Shown here piece after piece: positions 17,534 through 27,173 of a DNA stretch of 64,000 nucleotides. Location: the NCBI GenBank assembly GCA_003221635.1, contig QHSR01000242.1, positions 11,396 through 75,395 of the forward strand, given 5' to 3'. Source of the DNA: Candidatus Rokuibacteriota bacterium (GTDB taxonomy: Bacteria; Methylomirabilota; Methylomirabilia; Rokubacteriales; CSP1-6). The notes under the pieces were generated by a model. It did not search any database. It was not told where the DNA came from and saw only the letters and a program-made list of their open reading frames with translations. How positions within the stretch are numbered: position 1 is the stretch's first letter; the number at the start of each line of letters is the position of its first letter. Position numbers and translations under genes: made by a program.

Positions 17534-18743
17534 ACAGCGGAATCTCGTTGATCGAAAAGATCGCGAGCATCATGGCGACGACGATGAATGCCACCAGTAC
17601 GCCGAGGCTGAGGATGATCGCGGGCTGGAGGAGCCCCAGCACCCGCTTGAGCTCGTTGTTGACGTCGCCCTCGAACGTCTCGGCGACCTTGAGGAGCATG
17701 TCCTCGAGCCGGCCCGTTTCCTCCCCGACCCGCACCATGTGGATCGCGAGCGACGGGAACTGGCCCTCGGCCTGCATCCCTGCGGCGATCGTGCCGCCCC
17801 GCTTCACTCCGTCGGCGAGCCGATCGACCGCGCGCCCGATCGCCTGATTGGTCATCGTGTCGCCCACCACCGCCAGCGCGCTCATGACCGGCACGCCGCT
17901 CTTGAGCATGGTCCCGAGGGTCCGGGCGAACCGCGCGGTCTCGATCTTCAAGGCAAGCGAGCCGATCAACGGGAGGCCCAGCAGCATCTGGTCCCAGCGG
18001 ATCATCCCCTGGGGACTGCCGGTCCATACGCGCCAGGCGAGGACACCGGCGAGGATCACGATCACGCCCACCCACCAGTAGGCCTGGAAGCCCGCGCTGA
18101 CCCAGAGGAGAATCTGGGTCGGGAGCGGGACCGCCTGGCCGAGGTCGGCGAAGATCGTCGCGAAGCGCGGGATCACGAACGTCATGAGGAAGACGATCGC
18201 GCCGATGCCGACGGCGCTGAGGACGAGAGGGTACGCGAGCGCCGTCTTGACGGCGTCGGCGAACGCGGCACGCGCCTCCAGGAACTCGGCGAGCCGTCGC
18301 AGCGCGATCTCGAGGACGCCGCCCCGCTCACCGGCCCGGATCATGTTGATGTAGAGCCGCGAGAACGGGCGGGGATGATGCTTGCTGAGCGCCTCGCTGA
18401 GTGACGAGCCTCCGCGCACGCTCACGAGCAGGTCGGCGACGATGGCCTTGACGCGCGCGGTCGGCGCCAGCTCCTCGAGGATGGACAGCGCGCGGTCGAG
18501 GGGCAGCCCCGCCTCGAAGAGCGTGGCGAGCTGCTGGGTGAAGGCCAGCAGATCGCGCTGGCCGACGCGCGACGAGCCGCCGAGCGAAAACCAGCCTCTC
18601 CGCTCGGCGTGCGGAGCGACGCGGATCGGGAAATAGGCGTCCCGCTGCAGCCGCTCGACGACGGCGCGGGCGTCGGGCGCCTCCATCACACCATCGATCG
18701 TCTGACCGCGCCGGTCGGCCGCCCGATAGACGAAAACGGGCAT
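17532..18743 (-). CDS. gspF: Type II secretion system inner-membrane platform protein GspF
   Basis: Start at the in-frame ATG at 18743 (MPVFVYRAADRRGQ...). Two GspF repeats and three TM segments. Confidence 0.9.
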   Translation of the reverse strand: MPVFVYRAADRRGQTIDGVMEAPDARAVVERLQRDAYFPIRVAPHAERRGWFSLGGSSRVGQRDLLAFTQQLATLFEAGLPLDRALSILEELAPTARVKAIVADLLVSVRGGSSLSEALSKHHPRPFSRLYINMIRAGERGGVLEIALRRLAEFLEARAAFADAVKTALAYPLVLSAVGIGAIVFLMTFVIPRFATIFADLGQAVPLPTQILLWVSAGFQAYWWVGVIVILAGVLAWRVWTGSPQGMIRWDQMLLGLPLIGSLALKIETARFARTLGTMLKSGVPVMSALAVVGDTMTNQAIGRAVDRLADGVKRGGTIAAGMQAEGQFPSLAIHMVRVGEETGRLEDMLLKVAETFEGDVNNELKRVLGLLQPAIILSLGVLVAFIVVAMMLAIFSINEIPL

Positions 18744-18748
18744 CGCGA

Positions 18749-20461
18749 CTACGCGTCTTCCTGGGTGACTCTGAGAACTTCCTCGACGGTTGAAACCCCG
18801 GCGCACGCCTTGGCCCACCCGTCGAGCCTCAGCGTGACCATGCCCGCCTCGAGCGCCGCCCGGCGGACGTCACGGGTCGGCGCCCGGCGGAGAATGAGGC
18901 TGCGCGCATCCTCCGTGATCGGGAACAGCTCGTAGATCCCCGTCCGTCCGCGGTAGCCGGTGCCGCGACAATCGTCGCAGCCGGAGCCGCGGTAGAGGCG
19001 GGTCCCGTCCGCGCCGGCGATGCCGAGCGCGCCGAGGTCGGCCGGCGACGGCGTGTCGAGCGCGCGGCACGCCGTGCAGATGCGCCGGACGAGCCGCTGG
19101 GCGAGCACGCCTTCCAGCACCGAGGCGACCAGGTAGGGCTCGACACCCATGTCTTGAAGTCGCGTGATCGCGCCGGGAGCGTCGTTGGTGTGGAGCGTCG
19201 AGAAGACCAGATGGCCGGTGAGCGAGGCCTGGATGGCGATCTCGGCCGTCTCGAGGTCGCGGATCTCGCCGATCAGGATGACGTCCGGGTCCTGGCGGAC
19301 GATGTGCCGGAGCCCGGTCGCGAAGGTCAGGCCGATCTTCGGCTTGACGGCGATCTGGTTGATGCCCTTCAGCTGGTACTCGACCGGGTCCTCGACGGTG
19401 ATGATCTTGCGATCCGGCGAGTTGATCTTGTCGAGCGCGGCGTAGAGCGTCGTCGTCTTGCCGGACCCCGTCGGCCCGGTGACGAGGATGATGCCATGCG
19501 GTCTGCGGATCAGCGACTCGAAGCGTGGGAGCATCGCCGGGGCGAAGCCGAGCTTCTCGAGCGGCAGGAAGACGCTCTGGCGATCGAGCAGGCGCATGAC
19601 GATCGACTCGCCGTGCACCGTGGGGATCGTGGAGCTCCGGATGTCCACCCGGCGACCGCGGAGCGTGACCCGGATGCGGCCGTCCTGGGGTAGCCGGCGC
19701 TCGGCGATGTTCATCTCGGCCATCAGCTTCACGCGCGAGGTCACGGCGGCCTGGAGCCGCCGCGGGGGCGCCTCCTGATCGAAGAGGATGCCGTCGATGC
19801 GGTAGCGGATGCGGAGCGTGTCCTCGAAAGGCTCGATATGGATGTCCGAGGCCTCGGCGTTGATGGCGTTCTCGATGAGGAGGTTCACGAGCCGGACGAC
19901 CGGCGCCTCGAATGCCATGTCACGCAGCTGGTTGACGTCTTCGTCCCCCTCGGGGCCGCGGTCGTCCTCCATGCCCTCGACGATGCGCTGCAGCGGCGTC
20001 GCCACGCCGTCGTACGTTCGGTCGATCGCCTCGACGATCGCGTCGGCCGGGCTCACGACGACCTTCACGGTGAGGCCGGTCGACTGGGCGAGGTCGTCGA
20101 CGATGACCGGATTCAGCGGATCGGCCGTCGCGACCGTCAGCACGTTGCCCTCGACGCTCACCGGACAGACCGCGTACTGTCGCAGGTATTTCGGCGAGAG
20201 GTTCTTCACGATCGGCAGCGGCGACGGCAGCTCGTCGCGCGTGAGGTAGGCGAGGTTCTGCTGCTGCGCGAGCGCCCGCAACACTTCGTCGTCCTTGACG
20301 GCCCCGAGCGCCACCAGCGCCTCGCCCACCCGCTCGCCGGTCGTCCGGCTGCGTGCGAGGGCCTTTTCCACGACGTCGGGGGTGGTCACGCGCTCGTGCA
20401 CAAGGATCTCACCGAGCCGGCGGAAAAGCCCCGTGATCACCATGCTATGCTCACCGAGCAT
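18749..20461 (-). CDS. gspE: Type II secretion ATPase GspE
   Basis: Walker A GPTGSGKTT and the tetracysteine motif CTAC...CDDCRGTGY. Start at ATG 20461, or alternatively ATG 20443. The 20461 start codon overlaps the start codon of the divergent ZIP gene (CATG). Confidence 0.9.
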   Translation of the reverse strand: MLGEHSMVITGLFRRLGEILVHERVTTPDVVEKALARSRTTGERVGEALVALGAVKDDEVLRALAQQQNLAYLTRDELPSPLPIVKNLSPKYLRQYAVCPVSVEGNVLTVATADPLNPVIVDDLAQSTGLTVKVVVSPADAIVEAIDRTYDGVATPLQRIVEGMEDDRGPEGDEDVNQLRDMAFEAPVVRLVNLLIENAINAEASDIHIEPFEDTLRIRYRIDGILFDQEAPPRRLQAAVTSRVKLMAEMNIAERRLPQDGRIRVTLRGRRVDIRSSTIPTVHGESIVMRLLDRQSVFLPLEKLGFAPAMLPRFESLIRRPHGIILVTGPTGSGKTTTLYAALDKINSPDRKIITVEDPVEYQLKGINQIAVKPKIGLTFATGLRHIVRQDPDVILIGEIRDLETAEIAIQASLTGHLVFSTLHTNDAPGAITRLQDMGVEPYLVASVLEGVLAQRLVRRICTACRALDTPSPADLGALGIAGADGTRLYRGSGCDDCRGTGYRGRTGIYELFPITEDARSLILRRAPTRDVRRAALEAGMVTLRLDGWAKACAGVSTVEEVLRVTQEDA

Positions 20462-21191
20462 GTTAGCATACCTGGCGTTTGCGGCCGCCGCGGCGGCCGC
20501 CGATCTCGCGGGCGCGCTGCTCGTGACCACCGCCCACCAGAAGGGACTGGCGCCACTCCGCTACTTCGTCGCCGGCGGGGCCGGGTTCATGCTGGCGGCG
20601 GCCTTCGTGCGGATGCTTCCGGAGAGCGCGCAGGTGCCGCACGCGTTCCTGTTCGTGCTGATCGGCTACTTCGGCGTGCACCTCTTCGAGCACACGGTGG
20701 CGCCGCACTTCCACTTCGGCGAGGAGATCCACCCCGAGGCGCTCCTGCGTCCCTCGGCCGGTTACCTGGCCCTCCTCGGTCTCGGTGTCCACACGCTCTT
20801 CGACGGCGTCGCGATCGCCGCCGGCTTCATGATCGGACCCGCGCTCGGCACCGTGCTGTTCATGGCGGTCCTCCTCCACAAGGTGCCCGAGGGCTTCACG
20901 ATCGCGTCGATCATGCTGGCGGGCGGCCAGTCGCGCCGCGCCGCCGTCGGCGCCGGCGCGCTGCTGGGCGTGCTGACGCTCACCGGCGCGGCGGCGACGA
21001 CCTTCCTGGCCGCGCAGCACGTCGCCTACGCGCTCGCGCTCTCCGCGGGCGTCACCATCTACGTGGCGGCGTCGGACCTGATCCCCGAGGTGAACCGCGA
21101 GGGTGGGCCGGCGCTCGGCTGGACGGTCTTCGCAGGGCTCGTGCTCTTCGCGCTGGCCGACTGGCTCGTCTCGCCCCTCGGCGGCCACTGA
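20460..21191 (+). CDS. ZIP-family divalent metal transporter (ZupT-like)
   Basis: In-frame ATG at 20460 (MLAYLAF...). Multiple TM segments and the HKVPEGF motif. Confidence 0.8.
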   Translation: MLAYLAFAAAAAAADLAGALLVTTAHQKGLAPLRYFVAGGAGFMLAAAFVRMLPESAQVPHAFLFVLIGYFGVHLFEHTVAPHFHFGEEIHPEALLRPSAGYLALLGLGVHTLFDGVAIAAGFMIGPALGTVLFMAVLLHKVPEGFTIASIMLAGGQSRRAAVGAGALLGVLTLTGAAATTFLAAQHVAYALALSAGVTIYVAASDLIPEVNREGGPALGWTVFAGLVLFALADWLVSPLGGH

Positions 21192-21207
21192 TGCTAAGCT
21201 CGCGGCC

Positions 21208-21663
21208 ATGAAAATCCTGGTGCTGCACGGCCCGAACCTGAATCTCCTCGGCACCCGTGAGCCCGGCGTGTACGGCCGCGTGACGCTCGTCCAGCTCGAT
21301 CGCATGATCCGCGATCACGCCCGTCGCCGGGGCGCCTCGGTCGAGTGCCGCCAGTCCAATGCCGAGGGGCAGCTGATCGACTGGCTGCAGGGGGCCGAGC
21401 GCGAAGGGTTCGCCGGCGTGGTCGTCAACCCCGGGGCGTTCACGCACTACTCCATCGCGCTCCGCGACGCCGTCGCCGCGATCAAGCTGCCGGTCGTGGA
21501 AGTGCACCTGTCGAACGTCCATGCGCGCGAGGAGTTCCGGCGTCATTCCGTGATCGCGGCCGTCGCGCGCGGGCAGATCTCGGGATTCGGTCCACAAAGC
21601 TACCTCCTTGGCTTCGACGCCCTGGCGGCGGCGCCCTCGCGCCGACCGATCCCACGACGGTGA
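21208..21663 (+). CDS. aroQ: Type II 3-dehydroquinate dehydratase
   Basis: [23 protein letters not shown]...NPGAFTHYS...EVHLSN. Confidence 0.95.
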   Translation: MKILVLHGPNLNLLGTREPGVYGRVTLVQLDRMIRDHARRRGASVECRQSNAEGQLIDWLQGAEREGFAGVVVNPGAFTHYSIALRDAVAAIKLPVVEVHLSNVHAREEFRRHSVIAAVARGQISGFGPQSYLLGFDALAAAPSRRPIPRR

Positions 21664-21722
21664 ATCGCCGCCGCCGTCCCGTCGTCTAACCGCGACGGGA
21701 AGGGGTGAGCGGGTGAACGCGG

Positions 21723-22745
21723 GTGGACAGCGACGATGCGGCCCTGATCGAACGGTGCCGCGCCGGCGACCTGGCGGCCTTCGAGCCGCTGGTCGAGAAA
21801 TACCGCCAGCGGGTCTACCGGCTCGCCTACAACGTCCTGCGCGATCCCGAAGAAGCGTGGGACGTCTCTCAGGACGCCTTCATCCGCGCCTTCCAGGCAC
21901 TCGCGTCGTTCCGCGGCGATTCGGCCTTCTACACGTGGCTCTTTCGGATTGTGATGAACGTCGCTCGCGACCGGGCCCGGCAGCACGCCGCGCGCGGCCG
22001 TGCCTTCGGGACCGAGCGCGTCGAGGAGGAGGACTGGGATCGGGTGCTCGCGGGCCAGGGGACCGCGCCCGACACGAGAGCCGTGCAGGTCGAGGAGCGC
22101 GAGCGCATCGGGCGGGCGCTCTCGACTTTGTCGGAGCAGCACCGGGCCATTATCATGTTGAGTGATCTCGAGGGGCTCTCGTACCGCGAGATCGCGGAGG
22201 TGCTGAACATTCCGATGGGGACCGTGATGTCGCGGCTGCACAACGCGCGCCGGCGTCTACGCGACGCGCTCGGCCCGCTGCTGGTCCTGGTGCTGGTGCT
22301 GCTGGCCGCGCTCGTGGCGGCCGCGACCGCCAACGCCCAGCAGATCGTGAGGTTCGGCACCCGGGTCGTCCTCGCGAGCGACGGACCGCCGCCGAGTGCG
22401 CCGAGCCGCGCGCCGGAGCCGCCCGACGAGCGGCTCGAGGCGTTCCTGCCGAAGCTCCGACAGCTCTTCCGCTACAAGGACTACACCTCGCTCGAGCGAT
22501 ATCGGGCGGAGGTGCCGGTGGGAACGACGCAGCGCTGGCCGGTGCCGGGCGATCGCCGGCTCGAGGTCACGCCCCAGAGCGTGCGGGGTGGTACCGTGAG
22601 CTTCAACGTGCGCCTCACGCGCGGCAGCGTCGCCGAAGTCTCGACGAACATCCAGGCGCAGTCGGGCAACCCGGCCGTGATCGGGGGCCCGCGTCATGGC
22701 GCCGGCACTCTCATCATCATCCTCTGGACCAACCCCAGCCCGTGA
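21723..22745 (+). CDS. ECF (group IV) sigma-70 factor fused to a TM helix and a roughly 130-aa C-terminal domain
   Basis: Sigma region 2 (DVSQDAFIRAF...FYTWLFRIVMN) and region 4 (LSYREIAEVLNIPMGTVMSRLHNARRRLR) are followed in the same ORF by LGPLLVLVLVLLAALVAAATANA and an uncharacterised domain. Confidence 0.8.
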   Translation: MDSDDAALIERCRAGDLAAFEPLVEKYRQRVYRLAYNVLRDPEEAWDVSQDAFIRAFQALASFRGDSAFYTWLFRIVMNVARDRARQHAARGRAFGTERVEEEDWDRVLAGQGTAPDTRAVQVEERERIGRALSTLSEQHRAIIMLSDLEGLSYREIAEVLNIPMGTVMSRLHNARRRLRDALGPLLVLVLVLLAALVAAATANAQQIVRFGTRVVLASDGPPPSAPSRAPEPPDERLEAFLPKLRQLFRYKDYTSLERYRAEVPVGTTQRWPVPGDRRLEVTPQSVRGGTVSFNVRLTRGSVAEVSTNIQAQSGNPAVIGGPRHGAGTLIIILWTNPSP

Positions 22746-22758
22746 TCGGAGCGCGGCC

Positions 22759-24288
22759 GTGAGCTCGGGCGAGGAGCGCTACCGCCAGGAGCGCGCCCGG
22801 ATCGAGCAGGGCCACACGAAGTACCGCGACAAGCTTCGCGCGGAGGGCAAGCTCTTCGTCCGTGACCGGCTGAAGCTCCTCCTCGATCCCGGCAGCGACT
22901 TCCAGGAGGACTGGCTGTTCGCCCGCTCCGCCGAGCCCGACACCCCCGCCGACGGCGTGGTCACCGGGGTTGGGAAGGTCGGGGGGCGGCCGGTCTGCGT
23001 CATGGCCAACGACTACACGGTCAAGGCAGGCTCGTGGGGCGAGAAGACGATCCAGAAGATCGTGCGGATCCAGGAAAAGGCCGCACGGCTGCGCGTGCCC
23101 CTCCTTTATATGGTGGACGCCGCGGGCGGGCGCATATCCGAGCAGATCAAGATCTTTCCGGGGCGGTTCCACGCCGGGCGTATCTTCTACAACGAGGTCC
23201 AGCTCTCGGGCGTGGTCCCCCAGGTGTGCGTTCTCTTCGGCCCGTCGCCGGCGGGCTCGGCCTATCTGCCGGCGCTGACCGACGTCGTGATCATGGTGGA
23301 GGGCAAGGCCTCGCTCTACGTGGGCAGCCCGCGCATGGTCGAGATGGCCATCGGCGAGAAGACGACGCTGGAGGAGCTGGGCGGCGCGCGCATGCACTGC
23401 ACCGTCTCCGGGTGCGGCGACGTCCTGGCGCAATCCGACGAGCACGCCATCGAGCTGGCCCGACAGTACCTGGCCTACATGCCGCAGTCGTACGGCGAGT
23501 TGCCGGCCACCCGCGAGGCCGCCGAGCCGAAAGCCGGCCGACCCATCGACGAGATCGTGCCGTACGACCAGCGGAAGTATTTCGACATGTACGAGGTCAT
23601 CGACCGGCTGATCGATGCGGGCTCGTGGTTCGAGATCAAGCGTCTCTTCGCGCGAGAGGTCGTCGTCGGCTTCGCGCGCCTCGCGGGCCGCCCCCTCGGG
23701 ATCGTCGCCAACCAGCCGAAGGTGAAGGGCGGCGTGCTGATGGTGGACTCTGCCGACAAGGCGGCGCGCTTCATCTGGCTCTGCAACGCCTTCAACATCC
23801 CGCTCCTCTACCTCGCCGACATCGCCGGCTTCATGGTGGGCACGAAGGTCGAGCAGCAGGGGATCATCCGTCACGGCGCCAAGATGATCTTCGCCACCTC
23901 GCAGGCCACCGTGCCGAAGATCTCGGTGATCGTCCGCAAGTGCTACGGCGCCGGCCTCTACGCCATGTGCGGCCCTGCCTTCGAGCCCGACGCCGCGATC
24001 GCGCTGCCTCAGGGGCAGATCGCGATCATGGGACCGGAGCCGGCCGTCAACGCCGTCTACTACAACAAGATCATGGAGCTGCCCGAGAGCGAGCGGGCGG
24101 ACTACGTCAGGCAGAAGCGCGAAGAGTACGCGCGGGACGTGGACACCTACAAGCTCGCCTCCGAGATGCTGATCGACGACATCGTGCCGGGCGCGGCGCT
24201 CCGTGACGAGCTGATCAAGCGCCTCGCGTACGCGCAGACCAAGGTTCACGAGTTCCCGCCGCGGCGTAACGGCATCTACCCGGTCTGA
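22759..24288 (+). CDS. Acyl-CoA carboxylase carboxyltransferase (beta) subunit
   Basis: Carboxyl-transferase family resemblance throughout (GKLFVRDR, GGRPVCVMANDYTVKAGS, PLLYLADIAGFM). Start placed at the in-frame GTG at 22759, just after the sigma gene stop. Confidence 0.85.
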   Translation: MSSGEERYRQERARIEQGHTKYRDKLRAEGKLFVRDRLKLLLDPGSDFQEDWLFARSAEPDTPADGVVTGVGKVGGRPVCVMANDYTVKAGSWGEKTIQKIVRIQEKAARLRVPLLYMVDAAGGRISEQIKIFPGRFHAGRIFYNEVQLSGVVPQVCVLFGPSPAGSAYLPALTDVVIMVEGKASLYVGSPRMVEMAIGEKTTLEELGGARMHCTVSGCGDVLAQSDEHAIELARQYLAYMPQSYGELPATREAAEPKAGRPIDEIVPYDQRKYFDMYEVIDRLIDAGSWFEIKRLFAREVVVGFARLAGRPLGIVANQPKVKGGVLMVDSADKAARFIWLCNAFNIPLLYLADIAGFMVGTKVEQQGIIRHGAKMIFATSQATVPKISVIVRKCYGAGLYAMCGPAFEPDAAIALPQGQIAIMGPEPAVNAVYYNKIMELPESERADYVRQKREEYARDVDTYKLASEMLIDDIVPGAALRDELIKRLAYAQTKVHEFPPRRNGIYPV

Positions 24289-24292
24289 TCCC

Positions 24293-24571
24293 GGCGACGG
24301 GACCCAGGCGCTCGAGCGGCTCCGCCGGACTTCCTACGACTTGATTCTGAGCGACGCGCGCATGCCGTATCTCGACGGGCCGGGGCTCTACCGCGCGCTG
24401 GAGCGCCGGCTCCCGGACCTCTGTCGTCGCTTCGTCCTCATGACCGGCGACGTGTTGAGCGCGGAGATCCAGACGTTCCTCGAGCTTACGGGCGTCCCCG
24501 GGCTGAGCAAGCCCGTCGATCGGAGCGAGGTTCGTCGCGTGATTCAGCTGGTCACGGGGGAGGAGCGGTAG
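24293..24571 (+). pseudogene. 5'-truncated response-regulator receiver (REC) domain remnant
   Basis: ...GTQALERLRRTSYDLILSDARMPYLDG...LSKPV retains the phospho-acceptor Asp and the conserved Lys. The beta1/acidic-pocket segment is missing. The frame is closed by a TGA at 24212, inside the upstream gene. Confidence 0.6.
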
Positions 24572-24589
24572 GGACGACGGCTTGCTCGC

Positions 24590-26332
24590 TCAGCCACCGA
24601 AGCGGCGCCGGGTCCGCGCGAGCGTCTCGCTGATCGGCGCCGGAAGCCGCGGGCCGAACTGCTTGTAGAATCCGCCCAGCTCGTCGAGTGCCTGGAGCCA
24701 TTCGCCGGCGTCGCACCGGAGCGCCTCGCGAAGCTGGGCCGGCGCGACGTCGAGTCCATCCGTGTCGAGAGCGCCGGGCGCCGGGACCAGCCCGATCGGC
24801 GTCTCCTCGGCCCGCCCCGTCCCACGAATCCGCTCGACCATCCACTTGAGCACGCGCACGTTCTCGCCATAACCCGGCCAGAGGAAGCGACCGTCCGCGT
24901 CGCGGCGGAACCAGTTGACGCGGAAGATACGGGGCGGCGTGGCCAGACGGGATTCGGTGGCGAGCCAGTGGTCGAAATAGTCGGCCATGTTGTAGCCGCA
25001 GAACGGGATCATGGCCATGGGGTCGCGGCGCACGACCCCGACCTTGCCCGTGATCGCCGCCGTCGTCTCGGTGCTCATGGCCGAGCCCAGGAAGACTCCG
25101 TGCGACCAGTCGAAGGCCTCGAAGACGAGCGGGATCACTCCCGTGCGGCGCGAGCCGAAGATCACGCCGGAGATCGGCACCCCCTCTGGCTCCTCCCAGT
25201 TCGGCGCGATGGACGGGCACTGCTGAGCGAGCACGGTGAAACGTGAGTTGGGATGGGCGGCGGGGCCGTCGCCCGGCTTCCACGGCCGGCCTTGCCAGTC
25301 GGTGAGCCCGGCGGGCGGGGCCGCCGTGAGTCCTTCCCACCACGGCTCTCCGGACGCGGTCAGCGCCACGTTGGTGAAGATCGTGTTCGAGCGCACCATC
25401 GACGTCGCGTTGGGGTTCGTCTTGGGGCTCGTGTTGGGCGCGACGCCGAAGAAGCCGCGCTCCGGATTCACCGCGCGAAGCTGACCGCTCGCGTCCACCC
25501 ACATCCACGCGATGTCATCACCGACCGTCCAGACGCGCCACCCCGGGAGCTGCGACACCGCCATCGCGAGGTTCGTCTTGCCCGATGCGCTGGGCATGGC
25601 GGCCGCAAGATAGGTGACGCGCCCCTCCGGGTCCTCGACGCCGATGATCAGCATGTGCTCGGCGAGCCAGCCCTCCCGGCGCGCCTGCCACGATGCGATG
25701 CGGAGCGCGTGGCATTTCTTCCCGAGGAGCGCGTTGCCGCCGTATCCGGATCCCACGCTCCAGATCAGGTTCTCCTCGGGGAAGTGGAGGATCAGGCGGC
25801 GGTCGGGGGAGAGGTCTCCGAGCGAGTGCAGCCCGCCGATGAAGTCGTCGTCGCGCCGCATGTGCTGAATCGCCACCGGGCCCACGCGCGTCATGATGTG
25901 CATGCTCGCGGCCACGTAGGCGCTGTCGCTGACCATCAGCCCGACCCGGCTCATGGGCGAGCCGGCGGGGCCCATGAGGTAGGGGATCACGTACATCGTC
26001 CGGCCCCGCATGCTTCCGCGGAACAGGGCGCCGGCCGTCGCCTTCGCCTCGGCGGGGGCGATCCAGTTGTTGGTGGGGCCGGCGGCGTCCTTGTCCCGGG
26101 TGGAGATGAAGGTGAGCTGCTCCGTGCGCGCCACGTCCGACGGGTGGCTCCGGTGGAGATAGCAGCTCGGATAGGTTTTCGGATTCAGCGGCAGCAGCGT
26201 CCCATCCCGCAGCATCGCCTCGATCAAGCCGTCGAACTCCGTCTTGGACCCATCGCACCAGACGACACGGGAAGGCTGGGTGACGCCGGCGGCTTCCGAC
26301 ACCCACTTCTGTGCGACGCTGGTCACGCTCAT
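24590..26332 (-). CDS. pckG: Phosphoenolpyruvate carboxykinase (GTP)
   Basis: GTP-PEPCK blocks (YLHRSHPSDVARTE, GSGYGGNALLGKKC, FGVAPNTS). Start at the in-frame ATG at 26332 (MSVTSVAQKW). Confidence 0.95.
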   Translation of the reverse strand: MSVTSVAQKWVSEAAGVTQPSRVVWCDGSKTEFDGLIEAMLRDGTLLPLNPKTYPSCYLHRSHPSDVARTEQLTFISTRDKDAAGPTNNWIAPAEAKATAGALFRGSMRGRTMYVIPYLMGPAGSPMSRVGLMVSDSAYVAASMHIMTRVGPVAIQHMRRDDDFIGGLHSLGDLSPDRRLILHFPEENLIWSVGSGYGGNALLGKKCHALRIASWQARREGWLAEHMLIIGVEDPEGRVTYLAAAMPSASGKTNLAMAVSQLPGWRVWTVGDDIAWMWVDASGQLRAVNPERGFFGVAPNTSPKTNPNATSMVRSNTIFTNVALTASGEPWWEGLTAAPPAGLTDWQGRPWKPGDGPAAHPNSRFTVLAQQCPSIAPNWEEPEGVPISGVIFGSRRTGVIPLVFEAFDWSHGVFLGSAMSTETTAAITGKVGVVRRDPMAMIPFCGYNMADYFDHWLATESRLATPPRIFRVNWFRRDADGRFLWPGYGENVRVLKWMVERIRGTGRAEETPIGLVPAPGALDTDGLDVAPAQLREALRCDAGEWLQALDELGGFYKQFGPRLPAPISETLARTRRRFGG

Positions 26333-26429
26333 GAGGGCCTTTTCGTTGGTCGCGGTGCGATCACGTCTGAGAAGAAATTGTCGCCTCGCGGCGGCGGGCA
26401 CGTCAAGAAGAACATGCTAGCATCGCGGC

Positions 26430-27173
26430 GTGAGGGGCCTCGTCGTTGCCGCCCGCTACCTGACGATCGTGCCCCTACCGGGCGTGGTCCCGGGCGGCGT
26501 TGACACTCTCGGTCGCGCCGCGGTCTGGTTTCCGGTAATCGGTCTCGGCATCGGCGTGGTGCTCGTCGCCGCCGAGCGCGTGACGGCGACGCTCTTCCCC
26601 TCGCTCCTCGCCGGGCTGCTCACCGTGACGGTCTGGAAGCTCCTGACCGGAGGTCTCCACCTCGATGGGCTCGCCGATTGCCTCGACGGTCTGGCCGGCC
26701 GCGACGCCGAGCACCGGCTTGCCATCATGCGCGACAGCCGCATCGGCGCGTTCGGCGCGATCGGCCTCATCCTTCTTCTCCTGCTGGAGATCGTCGCCGT
26801 GACCGAGCTGCCGCCCGGCATCCGCGGTCGCGCGCTTCTCGTCATGCCGGTGATCGCCCGCGCCACGCCACCCCTCCTCGTGCGCCTGTTCCCGGCGGCG
26901 AAGTCGGAAGGCCTGGGCGTCGCGTTCGGCGCGAGCGTCAGCGGGCGGGCGGCGCCGATCGCCCTGGCGACCGCGCTGGTCGTGGCCCTCGCCGCGCTCC
27001 ACGCCATCGGCGTCGCGGTCTTCGCGATCTCGGTCCTCGGCGCGCTGGCCCTCACGCGGTTCTTCGCGTCGCGCCTTTCGGGAATCACCGGCGACGTCCT
27101 GGGTGCCGCGATCGAAGTCGCGGAGCTGGCCGGCCTCCTCACCGTGTCGGCGTGGTCACACCTGGCACGTTGA
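26430..27173 (+). CDS. cobS: Adenosylcobinamide-GDP ribazoletransferase (cobalamin synthase)
   Basis: ARYLTIVPLPG...LHLDGLADCLDGL. Polytopic membrane protein. Confidence 0.9.
   Translation: MRGLVVAARYLTIVPLPGVVPGGVDTLGRAAVWFPVIGLGIGVVLVAAERVTATLFPSLLAGLLTVTVWKLLTGGLHLDGLADCLDGLAGRDAEHRLAIMRDSRIGAFGAIGLILLLLLEIVAVTELPPGIRGRALLVMPVIARATPPLLVRLFPAAKSEGLGVAFGASVSGRAAPIALATALVVALAALHAIGVAVFAISVLGALALTRFFASRLSGITGDVLGAAIEVAELAGLLTVSAWSHLAR

Noticed and set aside
26333-26429. A second cobalamin riboswitch in front of cobS.
   Set aside because: The spacer is only about 97 nt and contains no B12 box or GCCACTG element.
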